DNA of 64,000 bases from Eledone cirrhosa (GCA_964016885.1 OZ024740.1:386074001-386138000), one strand, 5' to 3'; positions 12,394 to 25,078 are shown, counted from the first letter of the stretch. Notes: generated by a model not told the origin, from the sequence alone. Made by a program: numbers and translations.

Positions 12394-14877
12394 TGATGAC
12401 TGTCTTCTTCTTTCCACTAATCTTAGCCTATCAGAAATTGAAAAAAAAAACTTATTAGAACTTTCCTCAAAGACGATTACAATCTCACTATTACATTTGA
12501 AAACACCAGTAAAATAGTCAATTTCCTAGATATAACTTTAAACCTATCTACGGGTATCTACCAACCTTACCATAAACCTAACCAAAACTTACATTATATA
12601 CACTCACAATCCAATCACCCTAGATCTATCCTTAAAAACCTAGCATATAATATCTCACTCAGAATCTCTAACCTTTCATCTAACCAGGATGTATTCGATA
12701 AAAACGCGCCTTTTTATAACGAAGCTTTGGCTAGAAGCGGCCACAAAAACAAATTAGTCTATATACCTTGCACCAATAATACTTCAAACATACAACCCAA
12801 TATTACCAACAAAAACCAAATGAAAAACCCACACCTAAATACCACTCATACTACACCCCAAAATACCAACCTAAAACTTAATTTCTCTACCTCTTCTCAC
12901 ATAAAATATAATGACTTTCAAAAAACCATTCATCCTAATACTCCAATATATGTTAACAACATTACTAACAAAATTCCTAGTAATCAGACTAAAGCACCTA
13001 AATCAGTTAATCTAACTAAACCTATATATAATAAATTCACTAATAGTAACTCTCTTAGTAAACATCCTGATACATCGTATAAATATAAAAAACAATATCG
13101 AAACCGTAATAGACGGGTTACTTGGTATAATGATCCATTTAATCTACAAATTAAAGATAATATCCCTAAAAATGTTTTACTATCCTAGAGAAAAACTTCC
13201 CGCCTAACCATAAATATCATCAAATTTTAAATAGATCAACTGTCAAATTTTCCTACTCCGCTACCAAAAATATACAACAAAATATAAGTGCGTACAACGC
13301 ATATAAATGTAAAAAAAAACACACAAATATACCACCAACACATCAAACCAACCATAATACTAAAATAAACCGCAACAAACCACCATCTCCTTCACCTATA
13401 ACAAGTCGAGTAAATTCCACACCAAATTTGACTAACTCCCCTGATATAATATTCACGAATGGTTGTAACTGTAGAATCAAAAGAAATTGCCCATTAAAGG
13501 GAAATTGTCTTATTAATAACATAGTCTATGAATGTAAAATTAGCACTAAGGACTCCACTTATTCATATATAGGAGCTACGTCTAACCAATTTAAAGTAAG
13601 ATTTAATACCCACAAACATAGTTTTTAAAATGCCGCATTAGCTAATAGAACATCCTTGGCTGAAACAATTAATAATTATAGAAAGAAGAATATCGATTAC
13701 AATCTGACCTGGAATGTGCTCAAAAGGGCCACCCCTTATCAAAATAACAGATACGAGTGTAGGTTATGCTCCCAGAAACTTTTTGAAATCATGAAATCTA
13801 AGGATATCCTATTAAATAAGCGACAGGAATTAATTATATCTTGCAATCATAGAATTAGAAGAACCTTCAAATATTATAAACCTAATTAATATACACCTTA
13901 CACTTATATTTTACATATTATTATAATTAGTTTTTTTAATTTAGTTAATCTATAATTAGTACTTTACTACAGAGAACTTCATAATTTTATTTCCCTCTTA
14001 CAGCTCTCTTTTCCTAAAATTAATACCTAAAAGAATACCTATAAATTAATTTAATTTCCTGTTATGAATCTAGATTCCTTGTAGTTTATATAAGATTGGT
14101 ATTGCTCACTGCTACCCTTATCCCAAAATTTTACTTTCCTTCGTTTTTAACAACACTCTTTAATAACATCTAATTCTTATTTATCACATTCATATGAATT
14201 AATATAACTTTATCCCTATAAGTATACCTATCAATTAATTTAATTTCTTGTTATAGATCTAGATTCCTTGTGGTTTAAATAAGATTGGTATTTCTCACTA
14301 ATACCCTTACCTTAAAATTTTATTTTCCTTCGTTTTTAACATTATTCTTTAATAACATCAAATTTTCGTGTACTCTTCACTGGCTTGACCTCTTTTCATC
14401 CCCAAAGCATTCTTTTCATTCAAAACATAAGTCTGCACTCCTCTACCCTTAAATTAAATTTCTACTACCACTATTCTATCAACTTGACCTCTAACTACTT
14501 TTCTATTGGTCAATTCAAAACCTGTTCCCAAACAGACCTTTTATATTAAATCTTTGTTGGTTTTTTTCAATAAACAAATCTCATCATTTCTGAAGACAGC
14601 ATGTATATGTGAAGGTATGTATATTTCTCCTGATAATTTGTAATATTTTTAGATAGATCTATATGATATACATACCAACATACATATACATCCTAGAAAC
14701 GATCGTAAAATGATGAATTTTTTAATATAAGGAACATGTTCTTTGTTTTTATTAATTTATCTTGACTCTGTTTTCCTATGATTTTCATCGAACATTTTTG
14801 AATGTATCTTCTCTTTTCATGATATTTGGATTACATTGAGTTCTTCATACGGATTGGACACTACCGTATATTTTGGT

Positions 14878-14880
<3 letters not shown>
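12393..14880 (+). mobile_element. Degenerate 5'-truncated PLE (RT C-terminus + Naiad-like GIY-YIG + hammerhead)
   Basis: VNFLDITLNL..YHKPN..YIHSQSNHP, RRVTWYNDPF, CNCRIKRNCPLKGNC..IVYEC..YIGATSNQFKVRFNTHK, CRLCSQK..SCNHR; ~190-bp duplication in the 3' UTR (14030-14360); (TA)n flanks. Confidence 0.88.
14581..14716 (+). ncRNA. Type I hammerhead with a ~100-nt stem II
   Basis: tcatcattt-CTGAAGA-[atgtatatgt..ggtatgtatat / atatacatacc..acatatacat]-GAAA-cgatcg-TA-aaatgatga; perfect 9-bp stem I; stem III palindrome ACGATCGT. Confidence 0.85.
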
Positions 14881-14967
<87 letters not shown>

Positions 14968-14974
14968 CATATAT

Positions 14975-15160
14975 ATAAAGCCAATGACCTGATTGTGGTT
15001 GAGCTCTATAGGCCACCCCAAACACCTATAATGTGCTTCAAATAATGCCTCAACAGCATTAAGTGCTTTATTCAACAGTGCCATTCTAGTAACGTATTTT
15101 TGATGGGAGACTTTAATCTACCCTGTGTTGATTGGTCTACAAACAGTTTGAAACCCCAGA
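14975..15160 (+). mobile_element. CR1/L2-type LINE endonuclease fragment
   Basis: Translates to LIVVELYRPPQTP and MGDFNLPCVDWS (APE motifs); a short related piece lies at 8470-8502(-). Confidence 0.6.
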
Positions 15161-15166
15161 CAGGTT

Positions 15167-15700
15167 AGAGAGAGAAAGATGGAGTGCGTCTGATCGACCT
15201 CAAGTCGTCGCGAGAAAGGAAGAGTATTGGCGTCGTAAGTAGAACTAGCCTGTAGAAGGGAGAGAGGAGGAAGAAGAAGGTAACTGTGGGAGGGAGAGGG
15301 AGAGCAATAAAGCATGAAAGCACGGGGGACAGAGGAAAAGGCAAGAAAAGACAACTCACCTTAAGCATGATATCTCTCTAACCTGTCCCAACACAAACTC
15401 TATATGAACGAAGCTATATATTTCTCCGTTACAAGCCTCCTATTCAACGCAGTAATCTCATTAATTCGTCGAAACTGCAGGAGGTTGAGATCTGTAGAGC
15501 ATATTTTAATGTTTGTGACCTGTTCTCCCTCATCCATTCTATTTCTTCCTTCCTATCTTCCCTTCTTTCCTTCGTGTCAACTCACATCGAGCTGCTGATC
15601 TCTGTCCTTAGAGGTAATGTTTTACCTAACACCGCTTCGACGGTATTTTGCTGTTTTAACAGCTTCCATACACCGAGTTTTTCCATTTTCCTACGAATTA
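15167..15700. repeat. Unclassified ~530-bp interspersed repeat, copy 1
   Basis: Highly similar to 26630-27112; starts at (GA)n and ends at (TA)n. Confidence 0.85.
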
Positions 15701-15711
15701 TATATATATAT

Positions 15712-16763
15712 AAAACGTAGCGCAAAATATAGAAGCCTTAAACCGAAGTAGATTGAAAAATGTCCGCGACTCCGGGGGAACCAGCAGCCGCGAGGAAGTG
15801 CGCTACACAAATTCCTCTTCTCCGATGGTAACATCATGAACCGTGAACGACCAAGGAAGCATACAACGCGATCCGGTGATCCGGGCGTCAACAGCCCTCC
15901 GAATTGTAACTGTAAAAACCCCAGTAACTGCCCCTTGGAAGGCAAGTGCCTTAGCAGTGGCTTAGTCTATGAATGTAGGGTGAGTGCCAAAACCAAACCT
16001 TCACCTATACTGGAGCCACGGCTAATAAATTTAAGGAACGCTGATACAATCACTGCTACACCTTTAGAAGAGTTGATAAGAAAAACAGCACCGCCCTCTC
16101 AGAACTGGTGTGGTATCTCAAACATGATAACTTGGAATTCACCTTGTCGTGGTACAAGGTAGCCTCAGCCCAACCCTACAGAGGGGGTGGACATGACTCA
16201 TGCGATTTGTGTGTCACCGAAATTATGGAAATAATCGGGAAGGGAGCTCGAGTTATCAATAAAAGGAGTAACCTCTTCAGCACCTTCCTCCACAGATCAT
16301 CTTGAACCTTCCTCCATCTGTACGGACTAACAACAAAGTTGTACTGGTTGAGGACTAGTGCAATCTTCACGCTGGGAGCCGGACATGACCACACAACAAT
16401 CCCAACACCAGGCGAACCCTGGATAACTTGTTTGCATACCTGGAGTCTCTGTGTGTCCATGTTTCATATCCCTTGTTTTCCTTATTCTCTGTTTGTATAC
16501 CTACTGTTGTTTTTTATGCATATTTGTCCCGTTCTTTTTATTATTATGTTCTCTATATGTGTTCTTGAATTTATATCTATATGTTTCTGTCCCTACTTTC
16601 GCTCCCCGTAGCTCTCTTCTATAGTCTAGCACCCCTTTTAATAGTATTAATAGCATTGTAGTTAAAACTGAATGCTATTGTGGTTAGCTGTTTTTTCTGC
16701 ACTGTAATTATCGCTAGCCTTGTGCCTTAGAATGATAGAGAGGACTGTATTAACTAAGCATGA

Positions 16764-16765
<2 letters not shown>
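15712..16765 (+). mobile_element. PLE GIY-YIG fragment and 3' UTR
   Basis: CNCKNPSNCPLEGKCLSSGLVYEC, frameshifted Y(T)GAT, CDLCVTE; UTR segment related to 21481-21572. Confidence 0.8.
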
Positions 16766-16807
<42 letters not shown>

Positions 16808-16876
16808 AAAAAGGGATGAAATCGAAAATGCAACTGAAGTCTTATTATTTTAAAAAATATATATATGTATTTGGTT

Positions 16877-16914
16877 CCTTTACCGGTTTCGCAGTTCTTC
16901 TGCTTTTCAAAAGG
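16877..16914 (-). ncRNA. Type I hammerhead, UUGAAAA core (mirror copy)
   Basis: Reverse complement of 16974-17011. Confidence 0.75.
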
Positions 16915-16973
16915 TGAGTTGAGATGGAGGGTCTGTGGTTTTTCTCAAACCACAGACCCTCCATCTCAACTCA

Positions 16974-17011
16974 CCTTTTGAAAAGCAGAAGAACTGCGAA
17001 ACCGGTAAAGG
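16974..17011 (+). ncRNA. Type I hammerhead, UUGAAAA core (U3-A8 covariant)
   Basis: cctt-TTGAAAA-gcag/aagaa/ctgc-GAAA-ccgg-TA-aagg; stem III palindrome ACCGGT. Confidence 0.78.
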
Positions 17012-17167
17012 AACCAAATACATATATATATTTTTTAAAATAATAAGACTTCAGTTGCATTTTCGATTTCATCCCTTTTTCTTTATACTTCCACTCGTGT
17101 AGGACACCTCGGTTATTTTTCATTTTGTAAAAAAAACCTCACTTTCTAATATATATATATATATATA

Positions 17168-18020
17168 CTAATTGGCCCGTTCGGCTGGCTTCCGTCTAGG
17201 TATACCGGCATTTTATCTTTTCAGGAATCCCCCCTCCACACCAGTGCAAAGATGCCGCATGCCCTTTCAAGTCAGCGAGGGGGGAGGGGGTTGACGTGCT
17301 CTGATGTTGGGTTTGAATAGTTTTTAGGATTCCCCAGTTCAGTAGCCAGTACGTTAAAGAAAATTGATAGTTACAACAATAAAGGCTGAACAGAGAACAC
17401 ATTTTTTAACAAACAATAATTTGTACAACCATAATGGATATTCCAAGTAACAGAAAATATTTAAATTACATTGTTAGAGCCTCAGAGTATACAATATTTT
17501 TTGTTCGGCCCTCCGGAGCAAAGATGAAGAGATTATTTGGCGAGCTCACCCTAGAGCATCCTACATACAATTGACCATGGGAGAAGCATTGATCTCGTGG
17601 CTCGTCTCGCGGAGAAGCTCTGTAGACGTTGACCTCTGGACATTCCTGTCAGGAGCAGGTAAGCTGTAGTAACTTAGAGGCCTACCACCAATCTTCAGGA
17701 CACTGTTTTCAAGACATCGTATGTTACGTTCGGATTGTGTCTGCGTGTGTGGTGGAGCATGTCCTCAGCTAGACTTTCGCGGTGGTTGTTCCACATTGCG
17801 AGAGGGTCAGCATAATAGCAAAAAGTTTTCGCAGCTAAGAAGAGACTTTAGCAGTTGCTGCTTCTTGTAGGATGAGATGCCAATGGCTGTCATCGTGTAA
17901 CACGCATCTGGCAAGCCAAACGGTAAGTGGAACATTGATGGTTCTCAGATCTCGGAAAGACTGTGGTCCTCTAACCTCGAACAGTAACAATGACGATAAG
18001 CCGTCTGTGCTTTCATGAAA
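17168..18020 (-). mobile_element. Internally deleted Helitron (RepHel remnants)
   Basis: Minus-strand translation gives LLFEVRGPQSFRDLRTIN, VLHDDSHWHLILQEAA, DPLAMWNNHRESLAEDML, then jumps to CFSHGQLYVGCSRV..TKNIVYSEAL* (PIF1 helicase C-terminus, stop at 17466-17468). Confidence 0.85.
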
Positions 18021-18074
18021 TAAATAGGTTTTGTTTTTGTGTATGCAAAAAATCTGTACACGAATATATATATT

Positions 18075-18842
18075 TGTAGTGACCTACATTCCGCGGGCTC
18101 ACATACATTCTCTGTGCGTGATTTGGCTCAGTTCAGCCAATCAGCGCCAGTAGAAGAGGATGTATCCCTACGCGCCCTGAGGAAGAAATTCCCCACGAAG
18201 ATTTGAAGAATCTATCTCTTGTACCAGAAACTTCGAGCCAGTAACACGCATAATGTAACAGTGAGATTTTGCATCCTAGCCTCGCCGGCTTTCCGGCGCA
18301 ATGGCACATTCCCTTTTGTAACCTCTTTTTATCTGTAACTTCAACCATATAAGTTAACAAACATTGTTTGTACTACATCAAAAATAAACATACATTTCAT
18401 CTCTAATTTCTGCTGTTGAAATCATTATTATGTTACTCGTGTCTCAATAACATCTATAATCCATGCTGCTGGAATTGGCGACCCGACGAAAGGAATATTG
18501 TAAATACAAAGATGGTAAATAGATCGAGGGACCTTCCCTCACGTCTATGTCGACAAGACAATCCAACGAGGATACTATCATTTTACCACACTGTCAACTA
18601 ACGACCTTCATACTGCTACCCTGCTAAAGTGGTGACCGACGTAAGAATTTAACGCAGCCCTTCTTTTTTATACAGTTGAAATTTTATTGCCGCGTTGCCG
18701 GCCTTTTCGCAACTTGCGAAAATACAATATATTCCTTTCAAAATTTTTTTTGAAAAATTAGCAGTATTTCAAAAACTTTTCGCCACGAGGAAATTTCAAA
18801 ATGGCTACCGACAGGTCCTGGCTACAGTCGACAACAACAACG

Positions 18843-18888
<46 letters not shown>

Positions 18889-20885
18889 TGTTTGGCCACT
18901 GACCAGAACAGGGAATAGTGAGTGGCAGCTTCATAGCCTTACCGACGCAAAGCACCACACATCGGAAATTTCAAAACGGCTTGTAACTTTACCGACGCAA
19001 CTACCATACCTTCTGTCTCGTTACCACGGGGACTCGAGAAATTGAGACAGTAGTTTTCTCACCATTATGGCGTCAGACGTGGCTGCCATATTGGACTCTG
19101 GGTTCTTCAGCGCTCGACTGCTACTCTACGGAAGATTCATTGACTTTGCTTTAACAACAAGCAACACAACCTTATGTCACACAAGGTGGTAGGACGGTAA
19201 AATGGCCACGAAAACTCTCAAAAACAATATACATCTAACCCCTAACGGCATTAACAAACTTCTTTTTCAGTTTTCAGATAGAACTAGTGTCAGAAAGTCT
19301 GTACACTGGTGATGTGTGAACTATTTGACTTTGAAAAACTTTGAACTTATTGAGCAATTTCTCTGCTCCCTTAGATTGACTTTGAATTATCAGTTTGTTA
19401 CATTCACATATTTCTTTGTAGAATGCATTTACTTGTTTTGTGCTCTTTTGCTATTTGCTTGCTCATGGTTTTTGTTCATTCACATACTTTGCTGTTTTAC
19501 ATGCCTGCATGTGCACACATTTTTTTTGTCACACACCAACATGTTGTTCTTGGTATATGTTCTTCAAACATAATATTCTGCGAGTCCCTTTTCACCTGGT
19601 TGAGATGCTGTCACATGCTAGCAGCTCACAGAGCTTAATCCACTTGGATTCAAACAGGCACCGCAACACGAGAATACTAATTGCAGCTGAGCTCAAACAG
19701 TTTTGCATCTCGTTGCACACTGATCGTCCATGACGGCCTTCGTCTTGCTGTTTTTGCCCGACTCGCTGGGAAAACGGCAAATTGAACTGGACTTGTCAGC
19801 ATTTCCACCACTTCTGTGGATTCGCCCGAATTATGGAATTTACACTGCAACCCACCTACAGATTAAACTTGCTTTTTTTTCTTTTCAAAGCAACCAGCCA
19901 TTTTTTCCTGGCTCCCTAGCACATTCGGCAATACATCTGGGAGGCCAACATTTTCTCGTCTACCCATCATCTTCTTGCCAGCACTGGTAAACTACCATAA
20001 TAGCTTCGTCCACAGCTACTGGTACAGCACTTACCATTAACATTAAATGCAAGAACAGCAACTTCGCCCATGTCAGACTTTATCCGTGTTTGTTAGACCT
20101 TTACTGGTCACGTATAAACAACAAAACAGCTGGTCATTTGACACAGCGGCTCAACACGGCCCGTAGCGCCTCATTTTTTTTCTTGCATGCAGCCTTCTGC
20201 CCAATTATTTTTTTAAACTGATGTGCTCTTTCAGCATTTGTTCTTGCTGATTCAATAATCTGTATCGACTTCCTTGTGGGTCCTTAGCTTCTTCGTTTAC
20301 GATTTTCGGCTAAAAATCTGCTCGGAGATATTGTAGTGACTTACATTCCGCGGGCTCACATACATTCTCTGTGCGTGATTTGGCTCAGTTCAGCCAATCA
20401 GCGCCAGTAGAAGAGGATGTATCCCTACGCGCCCTGAGGAAGAAATTCCCCGCGAAGATTTGAAGAATCTATCTCTTGTACCAGAAACTTCGAGCCAGTA
20501 ACACGCATAATGTAACGGTGAGATTTTGCACCCTAGCCTCGCCGGCTTTCCGGCGCAATGGCACATTCCCTTTTGTAACCTCTTTTTATCTGTAACTTCA
20601 ACCATATAAGTTAACAAACATTGTTTGTACTACATCAAAAATAAACATACATTTCATCTCTAATTTCTGCTGTTGAAATCATTATTATGTTACTCGTGTC
20701 TCAATAACATCTATAATCCATGCTGCTAGAATTGGCGACCCGACGAAAGGAATATTGTAAATACAAAGATGGTAAATAGATCGAGGGACCTTCCCTCACG
20801 TCTATGTCGACAAGACAATCCAACGAGGATACTATCATTTTACCACACTGTCAACTACCGACCTTCATACTGCTACCCTGCTAAA
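18075..20885 (+). mobile_element. Non-autonomous LTR retrotransposon (Gypsy-like)
   Basis: 554-bp LTRs at 18075-18628 and 20332-20885 (tgtag...ctaaa; I counted about 6 mismatches), 4-bp TSD tatt, PBS tggtgaccgacgt at 18630, short purine-rich ggagata before the 3' LTR; 1.7-kb interior lacks long ORFs. Confidence 0.92.
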
Positions 20886-20894
20886 TATTAAAAT

Positions 20895-21076
20895 AACTGT
20901 TTCTACTTTAGGCACAAGGCCAGAAATAACCAGTGCATTACTGGTACTTTATTTTATCGACCCCGTAAGGATGAAAGGCAAAGTCAACCTCGGCAGGATT
21001 TGAACTCAGATCGTAAAGGGACGTAACTATGCTGGAAAGCATGGCGTCCGACCCTCTACTGATACTGCCAATCCAA
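20895..21076 (-). mobile_element. tRNA-derived SINE
   Basis: Homologous to 6632-6822. Confidence 0.85.
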
Positions 21077-21079
21077 AAT

Positions 21080-21481
21080 AACGTTAAAGTTTAACCAAAG
21101 AATTTAAAAAATCAGTATGTGAATGCAGAAGTAAATATTTCGAAAAACGTTATCTAATGCAGACAGTCAGACATACAGAGACATATTATAAGGGCGCTAC
21201 GTTATAGCTATGTATCTATCTAAAAAGACAGACTAAGAAAAAGAGGGGAATGTTGTGCGACGTCATAAGAAAAAGTGAGGAATGACGTATAACCGGAAGT
21301 GTTGACATTTGAAATTTAAAAGAAGTGAATATTTAAATAGTCGTTAATCTTTTAACAAAATTCAGTAGACAAAAATACCCTCGCTTTTTTACTCGGAAAA
21401 AGTTAAATCTATGGTGCAAATTTGGTCCAGCCGTTTGGCGGAAAGTTTGTTACCTACATACGTAAGCTTTATAGTATAGAT
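21080..21481 (-). mobile_element. Probable non-autonomous Helitron 5' portion
   Basis: Minus strand starts tctatactataaagc followed by aacggctggaccaaatttgcacc, similar in style to the elements at 9250, 31753 and 41640. Confidence 0.4.
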
Positions 21482-22073
21482 ATCTGTATTTCTGTCCCTA
21501 TTTTCGCTTCCTAGTTTCAACTAGTTTGTTTTTTCTGCACTGTATTTACTACTGGCCTTGTGCCTTAGTATGGAAGCGAGGCCTTTTTTGTTGCCACCGT
21601 CACCGTAGTGGGCTCATCACTGGTGTTGTTATTATTGTTGTTGGTGTTACCGTTGTCTGGCTCTCGGGTAATGGGTACTCACTGCCATTAACTTGATACT
21701 AATTTCAATGATACCACCACTACTACGACGACCGGGGTGGGTGATGGGCGGTGTTAATGTTTGTTACCGTTACTATTGTTGTTGCTATGGTCTTAGTGAT
21801 AGATGCCATTAAGTCTGTGAATCAACCGACCCCAGAGCTCCGTTTATTGCTGTGGAAGTTATTATCGTTGTTATTATCGGCGGGGTGGTACCGTCACTAC
21901 GACTGCTACGGCCTATGTACTGACGTTGGTCTGTGTTTTTCCTGTTATCGTTGTTGTGGCGGGCGATGGGGGAACTACCACCGATAGAGGTGTTGGATGG
22001 TGGAGGAAACTTGTTGTTGGTAGAGGGGTGTGGGATCGGAGGGTAGAGGGCGGTAGAAGAGGGGGTTACGGAG

Positions 22074-22128
<55 letters not shown>

Positions 22129-22510
22129 GGCAAAGGGTTCGTACTTGCAAGGCATGCAGTGCATGCGTTATAGAATCTTGAGTTGATCAATTGCCTCGGT
22201 TGAAGGAAGTACAATTTTGGCTGCTTACTAAAACGTATAGACACAAAAAAGATAACACACACACACACATACACACAAACACACGACAGCTTTGGGGCAA
22301 GCAGATTTTTGACTGCTTACTAAATCGTAGACACATAAAAATATAACACACACACACACTAGATAACAATAAATGCGGCTTTGACCGGGAGGGTCATTTA
22401 GAGGGAATTAGGGGGGAGGGGGGGGGGGGGGGGGGGGTAAGGCTGCACAGCCCCACTTTCCACCATGGCGATTGGACTGCATGCCCTGCTTTCCAGGTTA
22501 CCCTTCGCCA

Positions 22511-22574
<64 letters not shown>

Positions 22575-22584
22575 TGATACATAT

Positions 22585-23312
22585 AGTTATTTGCCAAAGG
22601 TGCTCGATACTAGTGCCGGCAGTATTAAATATTCGGGGGCTACCTCATGCCCGTTCAAAATTAGGTTTCGAACACATCTCCACTCTTTCACAAATAGAAA
22701 ACTAAGGCACTCCACTTCGCTCGCGGACTACATCACATCACTAAAGGACTTAAACATCAGCTTCTCCACGCACTGGGAGATTGTCGGCAGGGCTGCACCG
22801 TACAACTTCAAGAGGAAATGCGATCTTTGCCTCATGGAGCTCTACCACATCATAACTGCACCCCACGAGCTCATCAACAGCAGAGCTGAAACAGCGATAA
22901 GTTGTACACATCGCTTAAAAATATCCTTCTTCAGATGGGTTAAGGATGAGTGAAACCGTACACCGGATCTCCCTGCAACAAGTCTTAACACCCCGGCGGG
23001 CAGGCGCTGCAAAATAACGCCTTGCATACCAGTCCCAGCTTCAGACAAACAGATGCGGCAAAAAAAAAAAAAAAAAAAAACCTAACACCGGCCAGAGTTA
23101 CCTCCCTTGACCTGCTGCAAAATCAAAACAAGATATTTTTGCGAGCAATGAACCTTGATGTGGATTTAACCCCAAAAACTCTTTCCGGGCAATATAAGGA
23201 ACACTTGTGATTATTTATGCCCTCGAGAAGCCCAACTGGGCGAAACGTACGTAGGTGCTGTTTTAAATAAACATGTTTTAACGGTCTATTCTCCGATTTT
23301 TTACTTTCCCAC
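22585..23312 (+). mobile_element. PLE GIY-YIG 3' fragment with hammerhead
   Basis: YSGATSCPFKIRFRTH..STSLADY..KCDLCLMEL..SCTHR; (TA)n on both sides. Confidence 0.85.
23219..23258 (+). ncRNA. Type I hammerhead, UCGAGAA core (U3-A8 covariant plus U4C)
   Basis: gccc-TCGAGAA-gccca/ac/tgggc-GAAA-cgtacg-TA-ggtgc; stem III palindrome ACGTACGT. Confidence 0.7.
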
Positions 23313-23368
<56 letters not shown>

Positions 23369-23508
23369 CTGTTGTGGTAGGTGTTTTTTTGCATAGATAT
23401 TTTCCATTGTATTCATATTGATTATGTAAAAAAATAACTATTTAGTCAATGATAAAGAGATTTACAGGGTTATATCGACCGATACAGATATATACATATT
23501 ATATATAC

Positions 23509-23555
<47 letters not shown>

Positions 23556-23650
23556 AATAATTTATATTATATCATACTCTGCTCTGTAAGAGCATAGAGT
23601 GCTCAACCGGCATACCGCCTATAGAAGCATCTTAGCTACCATCCGACACA

Positions 23651-23719
<69 letters not shown>

Positions 23720-23720
23720 G

Positions 23721-24120
23721 TAGGATTTCGCTTCAAGCATAGCGTTATACAAATATGTATAGAAATTTCGTATTTCTAAAGAAACATGTTTTAGGAAGCC
23801 GTAGCTATGCAAACACCGGGGCTAACGCCCACTGGTGGTCTCCAGCAGAAGCAAGGGGGACAACCGTCTATGCATTTCAGGCTTGACTGGCCTTCTTCAG
23901 GACGATTCCTTCCACACTTGTGACTGCTGGACTTGAAAACAGTCGAGAATATATAGTTTTCTTATTTGTATAAATGAGGTGATTAGTCTCATTTGCATAT
24001 GAAGCTGCATAAGTTGGCTCAACTTATAATCGAATAGAAATAGGATATCGCTTCAAGCATAGCGTTATACAGATATGTATAGAAGTTTCGTATTTCTAAA
24101 GAAACACGGCTTTTAGGAAG
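23721..24120 (-). mobile_element. Non-coding 320-bp tandem unit with hammerhead (retrozyme-like family A, 1.25 units)
   Basis: taggat(t/a)tcgcttcaagcatagcgttatac recurs at 23721 and 24041; hammerhead at 23863-23906. Confidence 0.75.
23863..23906 (-). ncRNA. Type I hammerhead, CUGAAGA core
   Basis: Minus strand: atcgtc-CTGAAGA-aggc/cagtcaa/gcct-GAAA-tgca-TA-gacggt. Confidence 0.85.
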
Positions 24121-24183
24121 ATATTTTAGGATCTCTATAATGCCAACTGGGATGCAATCATGAACAAGCTATCACATGTTGAC

Positions 24184-24329
24184 TGCTCCTTTACACACGC
24201 ACTATTTTCCACCTACATCAAAACATCTTGGCAGACACACTGTCACAAATATATGTGCTCCTTTACACACGCACTATTTTCCACCTACATCAAAACATCT
24301 TGGCAGACACACTGTCACAAATATATGTG
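24184..24329. repeat. 72-bp direct tandem duplication
   Basis: tgctcctttacacacgcac...caaatatatg occurs twice in tandem. Confidence 0.9.
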
Positions 24330-24479
24330 CAAAACGCACCCCACCAAGACCTGTGAACAAAACTAAGTGCAGTATCCCCCAAAACAGAAAAACTATTATC
24401 AGAAAAATATAAAAGAACAAACAAAAAAACATTAAAATACTGCCAACAGCAACACACACATTCGACGGCTATCGCACTG

Positions 24480-25078
24480 CTTGAATCAAATAAATATAAT
24501 CTCCAACAACACATGAAGACCATAATCAATAAAAAAACACAAGGTCACTATCTCCACTGTTGGCCTTCTAATTGATGAAAATGGCACACTCCAAGATAAT
24601 GCCAAAACCATGAGCGAGATACTGCAGAAACAATATTGCTCTGTTTTCAGCAATTCTGATATGGCCGATCTGGGCTGTATCAGTGATGTAAATCCCCAAC
24701 ACCCTATGTCGGACATAACGTTTGGCGCTCCTGATGTCTTAGCGGCAATAAACGAAATTAAAAACAATTCAGCAGTAGGCCCCGATAGATTCCCTGCTTG
24801 TGTCTTGAAGGTGTGTTGACACCAGCTTGCATCTCCTCTTGCTAATCTGTGGAGGAATTCACTGGATGCTGGCTATATTCCTGAAAACTTTCTGTCCCTG
24901 TCTGTTGTCCCAGTTTTCAAAAAGGGTAAGAAGTCCCTTGCAGTGAACTACCGTCCAATCTCACTCACCTCTCATATCATCAAGGTATTTGAGAGAGTGA
25001 TGAGATCACGAATAACCCACGTTCTCGAAAGCAACAGACTGCTGACTCCAGCCAACATGGATTCCGTAATGGAAGGCC
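24480..25078 (+). mobile_element. CR1-clade LINE ORF2 fragment
   Basis: ILQKQYCSVFS, SAVGPDRFPACVLK, VVPVFKKG..NYRPISLTSHIIKVFERV, QHGFRNGR with a stop and a frameshift. Confidence 0.85.

Larger units (their letters stand above)
16801..17149 (+). mobile_element. Miniature PLE end: perfect ~140-bp inverted repeat (16801-16941 / 16947-17087) plus tail, in (TA)n
   Basis: Arms are exact reverse complements around a ttctc loop; each arm has a hammerhead. Confidence 0.85.

Noticed and set aside
18133-20617. Duplicated 75-aa ORFs as a gene pair
   Set aside because: Both lie inside the two LTRs and have no recognisable motif.
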